Shown here: positions 1 to 9,627 of the stretch, in pieces
Numbering within the stretch: position 1 is the stretch's first letter
How the letters are laid out: each line of letters begins with the position of its first letter
Assembly: GCA_900128395.1 (NCBI GenBank)
Contig: LT649343.1
Location: 1 to 35,360 of the forward strand
Source of the DNA: Stramenopiles sp. TOSAG23-2
Lineage: Eukaryota
DNA length: 35,360 nucleotides
Direction of reading: 5' to 3'
Notes under the pieces: model-generated
Told to the model about the DNA's origin: nothing
Seen by the model: only the letters and a program-made list of their open reading frames with translations
Database searches by the model: none
Program-made: the position numbers and the translations under genes

Positions 1-131
1 ATTATTGAAAATAATAAACCAGGTATGAAAATGGAAAGCACATTTTGTGTAAATGGTTCAGTTTTCAAGACTTTCTCATTATTTTCCTCGTTGCTGCTAT
101 TTTGATTATTTGTTGATGTAGATGAACTCAT
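1..131 (-). CDS. 5' end of a membrane protein, probably an MFS transporter (truncated by the window edge)
   Basis: ATG at 131-129 in a caacaacATG context, open to the edge: MSSSTSTNNQNSSNEENNEKVLKTEPFTQNVLSIFIPGLLFSI. The last residues resemble the first TM helix of MFS proteins (xYxPxLLFS). Not in the ORF track. Confidence 0.5.
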   Translation of the reverse strand, partial: MSSSTSTNNQNSSNEENNEKVLKTEPFTQNVLSIFIPGLLFSI

Positions 132-361
132 GTTGTTGCTTTTGTTGTTGCTGTTGTTGTTGTTCTTTTGAATAAAAGGAAATGTAGAATGTTGTTGTTC
201 TCTATCTTCTATATGTTTGTATAATTACATAGATTCTAGTTTTTAATTTATGTGTGTAACGTGTTTGTTGTTTTGAAAATGGGCGAGTGTTTTCAAACCC
301 TAATTCATAACATGAAAAATGGTAAAACTTTCCTATCCAATTCTACTGTACTACAGTACAG

Positions 362-1327
362 TACAGTACATGGCAATGGTTGAGGATTTTCCATCCGTTC
401 AATTTTCCACCTTTCTAGCTCATCCAAAAATTGCAAATCTGCACGGAACCGAGAGCAAACTTCGATGACGTTGATACACCGTTAGATGTCCTAGCTGTTG
501 GTTCCACGTCGATAACCAGTCATCGTATAATTGCTTGCGGCTATCGTAATGTACGTGGGTTGTTTTTATTTAATCCGTTTGCAAACGAACCTATAACCAT
601 TAGCTCGTCGCGGTCTACATCTTCATATGCCGGCAATTTCAAGAGATTTGTTAAGTCTTTTGATCTACCTGCGATATCGGCATAAAAATTCATAATATCT
701 TTGCCTCCTCGATTGGATGCTTCATTCACTGGGAATGGAAAATTATCCATTACAGGTCCCGGATGGGACGCTTCCCCAAAAAGGATGCCGTTCGCAGCGT
801 TTTTGGGTCTAAATTGATTAAAGAAGCAAAATAATAACATATAAAGTGTATAGGTTCTTCATTATTAGGTTCCAAGGGCCATCAAGGAATAATACTTGAA
901 CGTTGTTGATTAATGCAAATGGTGGATCTTTCTCAAACAACAATGGCATTACATCGAACTGTAATGATAATAGCAATATTATTAATCTTATTGATGCTAC
1001 TAGTACAATAATTCGCAAATTACCAGCTTGTAAAGCACATAATAAAAACAAACCACATATAGATACAAACAAACCTACAAAAAGATGTTCACAGTGTCTA
1101 AGGAAATTACCATCATGTTTTTACAACAAAGGTCAATGGGACATGACTTCGCTTAGTATGCAAAAATAAAGGCCTAACGACCTGAAACACCAAGGAACAA
1201 TTTTGGTGAATTTCTACGGCCAGATCAATTGTTTTGATCAATTGGATACTGTATTTGTGGACTTGGAAATGCAAGGAGTTGATGATAATTGAAATAATGG
1301 AAAGATTTTTATTTTTTTGATACTGTA
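362..1327. mobile_element. possible decayed TIR-type element
   Basis: Bounded by TACAGTA (362-368) and TACTGTA (1321-1327); both ends carry TTTCCAT-nnn-TTCAATT in inverted orientation 17-19 nt inside. Interior looks more GC-rich than the flanks and holds broken ORFs. No transposase recognised. Confidence 0.25.
541..840 (-). pseudogene. broken ORF carrying a 2A-like motif GILFGEASHPGP
   Basis: Motif at 789-754, preceded by hydrophobic sequence (also ORF 818-1072 in another frame); the frame ends at TAG 543-541. Confidence 0.35.
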
Positions 1328-1558
1328 ATCATGTTCTTACTATACTATCAAGTATAAATTTTACCACCTCGTCTCCCTCCCTCCATTCAGGTTTCTTCTT
1401 CCTCTGTTGTTGTTGATTTGCAACATCATTTTTTTTTTGAATTTTATCGATTTGCATTTTGTTCATTAATTTCACATGAATTGATAATGTATTAAAAAAC
1501 AAATACACAAGTATTATACATACATAGACATATTTTTTGAAATATAACAAACACAACG

Positions 1559-1767
1559 AATAAATAAATATTAACAATCATACATCAAAATAGTTCAAAC
1601 AATTCATCATTATTAGATAATATAAGAAGAAAAATAATCTACATATAAATATTATAATAATCAATAAATAAATATTAACAATCATACATCAAAATAGTTC
1701 AAACAATTCATCATTATTAGATAATATAAGAAGAAAAATAATCTACATATAAATATTATAATAATCA
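1559..1767. repeat. perfect tandem duplication, 104-bp unit
   Basis: aataaataaatattaacaatcatacatc...attataataatc starts at 1559 and again at 1663; no mismatch seen. Confidence 0.95.
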
Positions 1768-1846
1768 TATTATTTAAAATTAATAATTTCAATTTTTTCC
1801 CACCAACCACAAAAAAAAGATACAAAAATAAATATAATAAAACATC

Positions 1847-3610
1847 ATGCCAAAACGTACTTCAGAATCAGGACAAATGCGGAAGGAAGAATATGAAGCA
1901 ATGGAAAACCAGGACAGTGAAGAAGCAGGTGTGTGGCAAAAAGCATCTTCTAATGTGATTAGGAAACGTAAAATTTTAAAAGTAAGACGTAAAGGAAGTA
2001 GTGGTCCAAGTGTTGCTGCGAGTAAACCTGCAGCATCGAAAGGAAGTATATTTGGTGGTTTAGGAGGAAGTTTTGGTGGTGGAGGAAGTACATCAAACAA
2101 TAGCAGTGGTAAAAGTACCACGAGTGGTACAGGAGGAAGTATATTTGGTGGTTTAAGTAGTTTTGGAACATCTAGTGATACTACTACATCTTCATCTGGA
2201 TTGAATAATAATAATAATAATGGTGGGAGTGGAATGTTTAATTTTGGAAACAATAATAAACCATCAACAAGTAGCAAACGTAGTAGTAGTAACAATAATA
2301 GCTTTATTACTACTACTACTACTACCACTACCAGTAATAAAAATAATAGTAATAGCAATAGCAATTATCGTTCAACAACAAACGGTAATGGTACCGATAG
2401 CGATATGAAAAAATTAATTGGTTTGAATCTAGCATTTGCCGATTGGGTCAAGAAACAACATGGAAAGAATCCAAGTATATCGTGGGCAAAAGGATTGCAA
2501 GGTTATTTGAAACAATCTGCAAGTTTTGTTGATAAAAAAAAGAGTAATACAAGCAAAGCATCAAGTAGTAATAAAAGCAATAGCTTTTTCACAGCACCAA
2601 CAGCACAAACATCATCAGCTACGAGTAAAAGTTCGAGTAGTAATTTCAATTTTAATACAACGAATAACAGTACATCATCAACACCATTATTTAATATACC
2701 AAAAAAAACTGCTGTAAAAGACGAAGCGCCTGCAAAAATTAGTACGAGCAGCAGCAATATATCATCTTCTGGAAGTAGTGGAGATGATGATGAAGATGAA
2801 GTACTGAAAGTACGTGTGAAGATATTACGATTTAGAAAAGATGATAAAGAACAACCATGGGGTGATATGGGAATACATCAAGTTAGTATAATGACAAATC
2901 CATCTACAAAAAAATCACGTATTTTAGCAAGAGATGAGACACCATTAGCAAAATTACAAATCAATACGAATTTATATAAAGGAATGAAAGTAGATCGTAG
3001 TGGTAAACGTGATGTTCAAATATATTTAATAGTAGATGATGGTAAAATGACAATGTATTCAATACGTTGTAAATCGGGTGATATTGCAGATAAGTTATGT
3101 CAAACGATTAAAAACGCTGCGGAAGGAGTTGGTGGTGGTGGTGGTGGTGGTGGAGATAGTAGTAGTAGTAGCAACAATAGTAATAATACTTTCAAAGTAC
3201 CAGCACCAAAAATTCCAACAAAATCATCTAGTAATACTACAAGTAGCAGTAGTAGTGGTAGTAGTGATGAAGATGAAGTACTGAAAGTACGTGTGAAGAT
3301 ATTACGATTTAGAAAAGATGATAAAGAACAACCATGGGGTGATATGGGAATACATCAAGTTAGTATAATGACAAATCCATCTACAAAAAAATCACGTATT
3401 TTAGCAAGAGATGAGACACCATTAGCAAAATTACAAATCAATACGAATTTATATAAAGGAATGAAAGTAGATCGTAGTGGTAAACGTGATGTTCAAATAT
3501 ATTTAATAGTAGATGATGGTAAAATGACAATGTATTCAATACGTTGTAAATCGGGTGATATTGCAGATAAGTTATGTCAAACGATTAAAAATGCTGCTGC
3601 ATCTTGTTGA
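1847..3610 (+). CDS. NUP50: NUP50/Nup2-like nucleoporin with two C-terminal Ran-binding (PH-like) domains
   Basis: N-terminal NUP50 motif (KR..Q..KEEY..; G.WQKAS..VIRKRKILKVRR), FG-type repeats (GSIFGG x2, FNFG), two RanBD-like domains (KILRF..W.DMG..RILARDE..L.IN..LY). Confidence 0.85.
   Translation: MPKRTSESGQMRKEEYEAMENQDSEEAGVWQKASSNVIRKRKILKVRRKGSSGPSVAASKPAASKGSIFGGLGGSFGGGGSTSNNSSGKSTTSGTGGSIFGGLSSFGTSSDTTTSSSGLNNNNNNGGSGMFNFGNNNKPSTSSKRSSSNNNSFITTTTTTTTSNKNNSNSNSNYRSTTNGNGTDSDMKKLIGLNLAFADWVKKQHGKNPSISWAKGLQGYLKQSASFVDKKKSNTSKASSSNKSNSFFTAPTAQTSSATSKSSSSNFNFNTTNNSTSSTPLFNIPKKTAVKDEAPAKISTSSSNISSSGSSGDDDEDEVLKVRVKILRFRKDDKEQPWGDMGIHQVSIMTNPSTKKSRILARDETPLAKLQINTNLYKGMKVDRSGKRDVQIYLIVDDGKMTMYSIRCKSGDIADKLCQTIKNAAEGVGGGGGGGGDSSSSSNNSNNTFKVPAPKIPTKSSSNTTSSSSSGSSDEDEVLKVRVKILRFRKDDKEQPWGDMGIHQVSIMTNPSTKKSRILARDETPLAKLQINTNLYKGMKVDRSGKRDVQIYLIVDDGKMTMYSIRCKSGDIADKLCQTIKNAAASC
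2788..3597 (+). repeat. intragenic 333-bp direct repeat (2788-3120 and 3265-3597)
   Basis: Offset 477 nt; identical by eye except C3115/T3592 (synonymous). Confidence 0.95.
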
Positions 3611-3903
3611 AGTGTAAGGGAGATAGATGAATAATATGGTGGTAGAAAATGCGTGTGTGAGAGTGTAAAAAACTGTGTTTCTCTTCAAAATTACAAAAAG
3701 AGAAGCTTATATATGCATATCATATTTTAATTTATTTTTATAAATTAAAGTCTGCTGTTAGTTCATAGAAATTTTAAAAAACGTCAATCATTTTCTTCTT
3801 TCTTTTTTTTAAATACTTTAAAATTTTTATCTTACACATACACACACACAAATATTTTTCACAGGGTTTGATATATATATATATACATATATATACATGA
3901 AAA

Positions 3904-4596
3904 TCAACCTGTAATATTATTGTTCCATATGTTAAATCCTGGTTTTATGTTATCACTTTTTCTACCTGCTGGTTTTGGCATTGAACCGTCTTTTATTGGC
4001 AATGTTGCAAAATATTCTTCTTTTTTCTCTTTTAAAGCATTTGCTGCTAATATATCTTGTGCTTGGAACATTGTATCTGCACTATATAACCACGAACGTT
4101 GAGCAGCTGTATTATTTGCTGGATCACTACCTGTTTTTAATCTTTCACCTGTTAATTCAGTACCTGCTGCTTTAAATTTTGGATTGCTTGGCAAGACACC
4201 AGCTTTACGTGCATAACGTCCACCTCTTAATTTTTTCTCTTGTAATGTAACTTTTGTACCTTTTCCAAATCCTGAACCGTGTGTTGTTTCATCATAAAAG
4301 ACTTCTTGTGCACCTCTAGGTTTTGATATAAACGATTGTATGGCACTAGCATCTGCAACTTTTTGATGACGTTGTATTGTTTCTTTCGAAATCATGCCAC
4401 CACCAAATTTCTTCCTTCGTTGTGCTTGTGTACGTTGCCACATAGCACGTTGTTTTTTTTGTTTTTTAAAGTCATCATCAAAGGTTGTACCATATTCACG
4501 GTTGCCATAATCAGCAACTACACCATTTAAAGCAGGTGCACGTTCCTCACACCATCCATCATTCAATGTTTGCGGTCCATACGTTCTCAATGCCAT
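3904..4596 (-). CDS. uncharacterised 230-aa protein, possible ciliary microtubule inner protein
   Basis: Clean ORF. N-terminal TYGPQTLNDGWCEER resembles the L.GNW.EER motif of CFAP107/CFAP68/CFAP95-type proteins. The CDS is well supported; the product is tentative. Confidence 0.55.
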   Translation of the reverse strand: MALRTYGPQTLNDGWCEERAPALNGVVADYGNREYGTTFDDDFKKQKKQRAMWQRTQAQRRKKFGGGMISKETIQRHQKVADASAIQSFISKPRGAQEVFYDETTHGSGFGKGTKVTLQEKKLRGGRYARKAGVLPSNPKFKAAGTELTGERLKTGSDPANNTAAQRSWLYSADTMFQAQDILAANALKEKKEEYFATLPIKDGSMPKPAGRKSDNIKPGFNIWNNNITG

Positions 4597-5496
4597 ATTG
4601 ATTCAGTTAATTAACTATATTTTTTCTCTCTCTTGCGTAGTATATAATATATATATTCCTCGGTCGTTCTATTTCTCTCTTCATCTTGCCATCATACATC
4701 TCAGTTTTTACATCTTCTACGACTTTTTTGGTAAATTTCTAACGATAATGTGTGAAACGACAGGATCAATTGCTGAGAAGTGAGATTGTTGAAGGCCTAT
4801 CACATGCAAGCCCGCAAGTATGGATTTTAGTACTGTCAAGCATCTTAGAAACATCGTGTTTAAAGTAGGGTTTTATCACCACTACTGTAGCATTGGAATA
4901 GCTGGTCGGAACACACGACGCATAATTGGAATATTTTTTTATAAATACCATCGATTGTGATGCTATGCCTCTCTGCCCAAATAAGCCCTGACCGAAATTA
5001 CAAAACTTATAGAATAATTTCTGTCAAATTTTTTAAAATATCCGATATTAGCATGGTCATAGTACAAAGTCTTTTCCAGATATAGTTATAATTAGGGTTA
5101 GTAATAATAGCATGGGAACACCAGGGGGTGACGAAAACATAGTAGGTAATGGTATAGCATGGAGAGGTAGAGCTATGTTGGATGGAAAATATGAGCCTCG
5201 GCCTGTCGGGTAGTATATAGGAATAGCTGCTACTACAGACAGTACTAATAAATATATTATCGATTATTATTTTAATAAACTGCATCATTTTATTAATAAA
5301 TCTCTCATTAAAAAGATATAGAAGCAACTCGTAATAGATGCAAGAAAGATTGATGAAACATATTATTTATTTTTATTTTTGTTTTATTTGTTTGTTTCTT
5401 TCAATATATTTATATCTGTTTAATAACTTCACCTCCTCCTTAAATTTTCACATTGTTTGGATAGATATCCAATAATTATAGTTTTAGTTTTGAAAA

Positions 5497-6279
5497 ATGG
5501 CAAGTTATGAAACAGATGAATTTTTAGAAAAACATGAAACAAGAAATAAACGTAAAGATGATAAAAATATTCCATATTTATTAAGAGTACAAAAGACGTC
5601 GTATCGTCCACGTTTGGGATTAGCTAGTGCAATATATTTAACAGTAGGCGTCATGATATATATCACTGGCGATTCTAATTTAACAACATACCATGCATGG
5701 TTGTCTGGTGGAATGTATTCTAAATTTGCCATGTTGATGGGATTTTTAGCAATGTCATGTGGTTTAGTTGGAATATATTCATCAGCAACATTATTTGCAA
5801 AAGGACGTTATTGGGCATATTTATATACTATATTTATGGGAATTACAATTGTCGGTTCTTTCCTTGTTGGAAGTGCATGCCTGATTTATAGAGCAAATAC
5901 AAGTTCAATATCAAACGATTTAAGCACCAATTGGATTACGCAAGGAAAAAATCAACAAGGTCAAGCAACGTTAAATGCATGTCAAGCAAAATATAAATGT
6001 TGTGGGTTTAAAGATGATACCGATCATGCTATACAACCATGTTTACGATTTTCACCGGGTGAAAGATTACCAGGATGTGGACCAACATTAATTAAACATG
6101 AACAAAGCGACCTTTTAAAAATAGGTTTATTACTGTTGCTATCATCTTTAATATATATATATGGCATGTGGATTGCATTCAAAATGATAAAAAAAAGGGT
6201 ATGGAGTCAAGAAGCAAAGATGCCACAACTTACTCATGGTATACCAGATACGATTTATGAGGATGGTGACAACTTATGA
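5497..6279 (+). CDS. tetraspanin family protein
   Basis: Three N-terminal hydrophobic helices, a large loop with CCG (QAKYKCCGF) and further Cys (PC, GC), then a fourth helix. Confidence 0.85.
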   Translation: MASYETDEFLEKHETRNKRKDDKNIPYLLRVQKTSYRPRLGLASAIYLTVGVMIYITGDSNLTTYHAWLSGGMYSKFAMLMGFLAMSCGLVGIYSSATLFAKGRYWAYLYTIFMGITIVGSFLVGSACLIYRANTSSISNDLSTNWITQGKNQQGQATLNACQAKYKCCGFKDDTDHAIQPCLRFSPGERLPGCGPTLIKHEQSDLLKIGLLLLLSSLIYIYGMWIAFKMIKKRVWSQEAKMPQLTHGIPDTIYEDGDNL

Positions 6280-6532
6280 TTCAAAAAAAGTGTGTGTGTG
6301 ATGTGTGTGCGCGTGTATTTTTAAAAAAAGCAAAATAAATCTTGCGCACAAGATAGTAAAAAATTTATACGTGTGTACTAATTAGGATATATATATATAC
6401 GTATATATATATATTATATAAAATGATTTTTTTGTACGAACATGTATACGCTCGTAATACGACGCGTACACACATGTATCTCATAAAATGTAAAAAATTT
6501 TTATTATACACGCTGACTTCGTTTTTAGCGAG

Positions 6533-6747
6533 ATAGATATTAATATTGGCTCAAGCACTGTATTCTTTGGAGAGTAGGAATTGTTATGGAGTAGAAATAA
6601 AAAATTAAAAATACGCGCGTACATTTATGTAAGTAGTATAGATATTAATATTGGCTCAAGCACTGTATTCTTTGGAGAGTAGGAATTGTTATGGAGTAGA
6701 AATAAAAAATTAAAAATACGCGCGTACATTTATGTAAGTAGTATAGA
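6533..6747. repeat. perfect tandem duplication, 105-bp unit
   Basis: atagatattaatattggctcaagcactg...tatgtaagtagt starts at 6533 and again at 6638; no mismatch seen. Confidence 0.95.
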
Positions 6748-6985
6748 ATAAATAAGCGGTTCTCTATTCATAATCTTAATCATTTGCTCTTTCATTCTTC
6801 CCATTTATATTACTATTGCTTATTCTTTTAAATCAATTTTATAATTTTAAATTATAAACAATCTCAACTTTATTATTGTTAATATCGTTTATAACAACCA
6901 TTCCTGAAAAATGTCTATGTTACTTATGTATCATACACGCGCATGTAAAAACACATTTCTCGCGTCTCGCACCATGCATATTTTT

Positions 6986-8689
6986 CTACACCTCACCAAA
7001 CTCTAGCTTGACTAAATAATTGATACTATTATCATCATTGTTTTCCATTTTTTTTCTCATTTTAACTTGAACAATAGTAGTACTAGTTTTTTTAATAGAT
7101 GATGATGATGATTGATTTTCTTCTTGTTGCCATTTTAAACTTATCAATACACGATTCAATTCACGCTTTACAATATTATTTTGAGCATCCTCGGATGTAT
7201 CTATTTTATTATTTCCATCTTCATCATCATCATCATTAAGCCATTCTTCATCTTGTTCAGCTAATTCATCATATCCACGTATATAAAAACCATTTGATGG
7301 ATAATTTGATATTCTTGTAATAATATTATTATCATCATTTTTATTATTAATGACAAGAACATTTGATAATACGATATGTATTGGTTCATCGTATGGATTT
7401 ATGACATACATTAATAATTCATTATCATCACAAGATTCTATTGTAAATCTTGGATAAAATGCCATGGCTAAACTGCTTTTTTTATACCAATTCCCAATAT
7501 TAGTTCTCATAGACGTATCACCCATTAATGGATTAATATGTGGTTTTAACAATATACCAGGACTACCATCTTCAAATGTTTCTCGACAACGAAGTGTACG
7601 TTTGGTTATCAATGGATGACGTTGTGGCAATAATTCATTACGATTTCTTGTTATTAATCCAGGTTGTTGTATACGACTTTCTAATGAAGCTGCTTTGTCT
7701 AATAATTCATTACCATCATAATATATCAAATCAGGTGGACTCATCATTGGATTTATCATATCATTTGTTGATTTTATTTTAGTTTTTCCTTGTATCTTTT
7801 TATCATCAGCATCATCATTATTATTATTATTGTTATCGCTAACGCTGGTGCTACTACCACTATTGCGTCGTTTACTTTTATTATGTTTTTGCCTACTTAC
7901 TAATGATTTTCCTTCTGCAATATAATTTTGAATTTGTAACGACATATTTTTATTGTATTCTTTTTTTCGTATAATCTCTTCTTGTTCTTTCTTTTTTTCA
8001 TATTCAGTAGCATCTTGCCAATTCCATGTGGTATATGTATCTTGTTTCTTTCCATATTCTAAACGTGCTAATTGTAGCAATAAATTAGTTTTCATAGATG
8101 TTGTTGAACGTTGTTTTAATCGATCTTTTAATGTTGTTTTACGATCAATCAATTGACTTGTTTCACGTAATGCATGTATACGAGATGTTACAATACAGGC
8201 AGAATCAACTGTATCTTCAATTTCCATCATATGATTGAATAATTCAGCTCCATTTTTTGCTACTAAATCAATTTGAACAGAATCCCAATAACAATATCCA
8301 CAGCTTAAATATGTTTGCGGCCCATCATAACCATTTAAATGTGATACAATGGTAGTTAATACTGTAGAACAAAATGGACATTTTAAACATTCAACACGTG
8401 GACAACGATTTTTATACATAGCAGCTTCACTTGATGGATAGTTTTCAAGACACTGAGGGCAATAAAAACTTTCAATCTCTTCTATAGCATTTGAAGGGTG
8501 ATCCGTTAGTAACATATTACGTTTTGAAGAATAATATAAATTTCCAAGTGGATGAAATATATCTCCATGTAGTTTTTCATCATATTCTTCCGTATCTTTT
8601 TCATCATCATTTTTATTATTATTATTTGATAATAATATATTATTTCCATATGTAATTGTACATCGCATTTTGTTTGTCTCACTCATCAT
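6986..8689 (-). CDS. DCTN4: dynactin subunit 4 (p62)
   Basis: EIESFYCPQCLENYPSSEA..KNRC..C.KCPFC, YLSCGYCYWDS and LLPQRHPLITKRTLRCR..LLKP match dynactin p62 motifs. Confidence 0.9.
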   Translation of the reverse strand: MMSETNKMRCTITYGNNILLSNNNNKNDDEKDTEEYDEKLHGDIFHPLGNLYYSSKRNMLLTDHPSNAIEEIESFYCPQCLENYPSSEAAMYKNRCPRVECLKCPFCSTVLTTIVSHLNGYDGPQTYLSCGYCYWDSVQIDLVAKNGAELFNHMMEIEDTVDSACIVTSRIHALRETSQLIDRKTTLKDRLKQRSTTSMKTNLLLQLARLEYGKKQDTYTTWNWQDATEYEKKKEQEEIIRKKEYNKNMSLQIQNYIAEGKSLVSRQKHNKSKRRNSGSSTSVSDNNNNNNDDADDKKIQGKTKIKSTNDMINPMMSPPDLIYYDGNELLDKAASLESRIQQPGLITRNRNELLPQRHPLITKRTLRCRETFEDGSPGILLKPHINPLMGDTSMRTNIGNWYKKSSLAMAFYPRFTIESCDDNELLMYVINPYDEPIHIVLSNVLVINNKNDDNNIITRISNYPSNGFYIRGYDELAEQDEEWLNDDDDEDGNNKIDTSEDAQNNIVKRELNRVLISLKWQQEENQSSSSSIKKTSTTIVQVKMRKKMENNDDNSINYLVKLEFGEV

Positions 8690-9174
8690 CTAATTTATCA
8701 TAAAATATTACTGCAAGGAGAAAGAAAAGTATAGCTATAGGCTTTTTCTTTAACTCTGTAGAAAAAAATATGCATATATATATAAATGTTTATGTCTAAA
8801 ACTTATACATCTTTCTCTCCACATAAACATAATATTTTTTTCAAATTCATTACAGGTATTTTATTATTTTTTTTTTTATTATTATTTTTTTTGGTGGATT
8901 TTGGACTGATGAGTTAAGGTATTTTTCGAAAATATTGTCAAATTAAGTGAACCAAAAATATTGTTATGGTTGCTTATAGAGTTTAAATATTTTATTTGTT
9001 TATACTCTTGACATTTTATAAAAAATAATCCTTTCTTATCTTATACACTTGACATTTCGCAAGTGCCAAGTGTCGGCAGCAGATTGAACATATCCTCAGA
9101 CAAGGTTCATTATGAACTATTCTGAAGATTTTTTTAATACGGTTGCAATGCTATGTAACATCTCACAAAAATAA

Positions 9175-9627
9175 TTATTTCTCTAATGTGGTTAACGCAT
9201 TTTTATATTCCTTCGACTGCGCTCCATACTCTTTTCTTATTGTTTTTAGCTGTTCAACCGTCTGTTTCTCTCCTGAGTTAGACAAGAGGCGTAATACCTT
9301 CCTAGTTTTGCCTGTGTTACGTTCTTGTGATTCTATTTGTATCATATCTTTTTCAATCGCTAAAAAGTATCCCATAGCAGCTTGTTGTCTCTCCCCACGC
9401 GCAGCATATGCATTCCGTTCGACTTGAGACGCTTTTAGTACCAATCCCAACATCATGGTAAAGGTGATAGCAAAACTAGCGAGAAATGCTAACGTACGGC
9501 CTGGTCCAGGTACATGCGGTTTTTCTACCAATATAAATGTCAGAAAACAGATGTTGCAAAGCGCAATAAACACCACTTGGAACGATTTACCAGGGAAGAT
9601 TAATACAATCACGCCTGTTAACAATAA
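9175..9627 (-). pseudogene. 5'-truncated C-terminal fragment of a multipass membrane protein
   Basis: LLLTGVIVLIFPGKSFQ..KP..LAFLASFAITFTMMLGLVLK resembles the last TM helices of large algal/protist membrane proteins. No ATG at the 5' end; preceded by ttttctacccAG. Confidence 0.55.

Noticed and set aside
295-303. AAACCCTAA telo-box-like 9-mer upstream of the first gene
   Set aside because: Single copy in AT-rich DNA; not a telomeric array and expected by chance.
1789-3284. Antisense and alternate-frame ORFs over NUP50
   Set aside because: Shadows of low-complexity Ser/Asn/Thr codons; no independent motifs.
4748-5327. GC-richer spacer with short ORFs and a stop-riddled plus frame (SFPDIVIIRVSNNSMGTPGGDENIVGNGIAWRGRAMLDGKYEP)
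   Set aside because: May be decayed coding DNA, but no family or strand can be supported.
9045-9073. Hairpin ACACTTG-ACATTTCGCAAGTGC-CAAGTGT
   Set aside because: Considered as a Helitron 3' hairpin, but no CTRR end follows on either strand.
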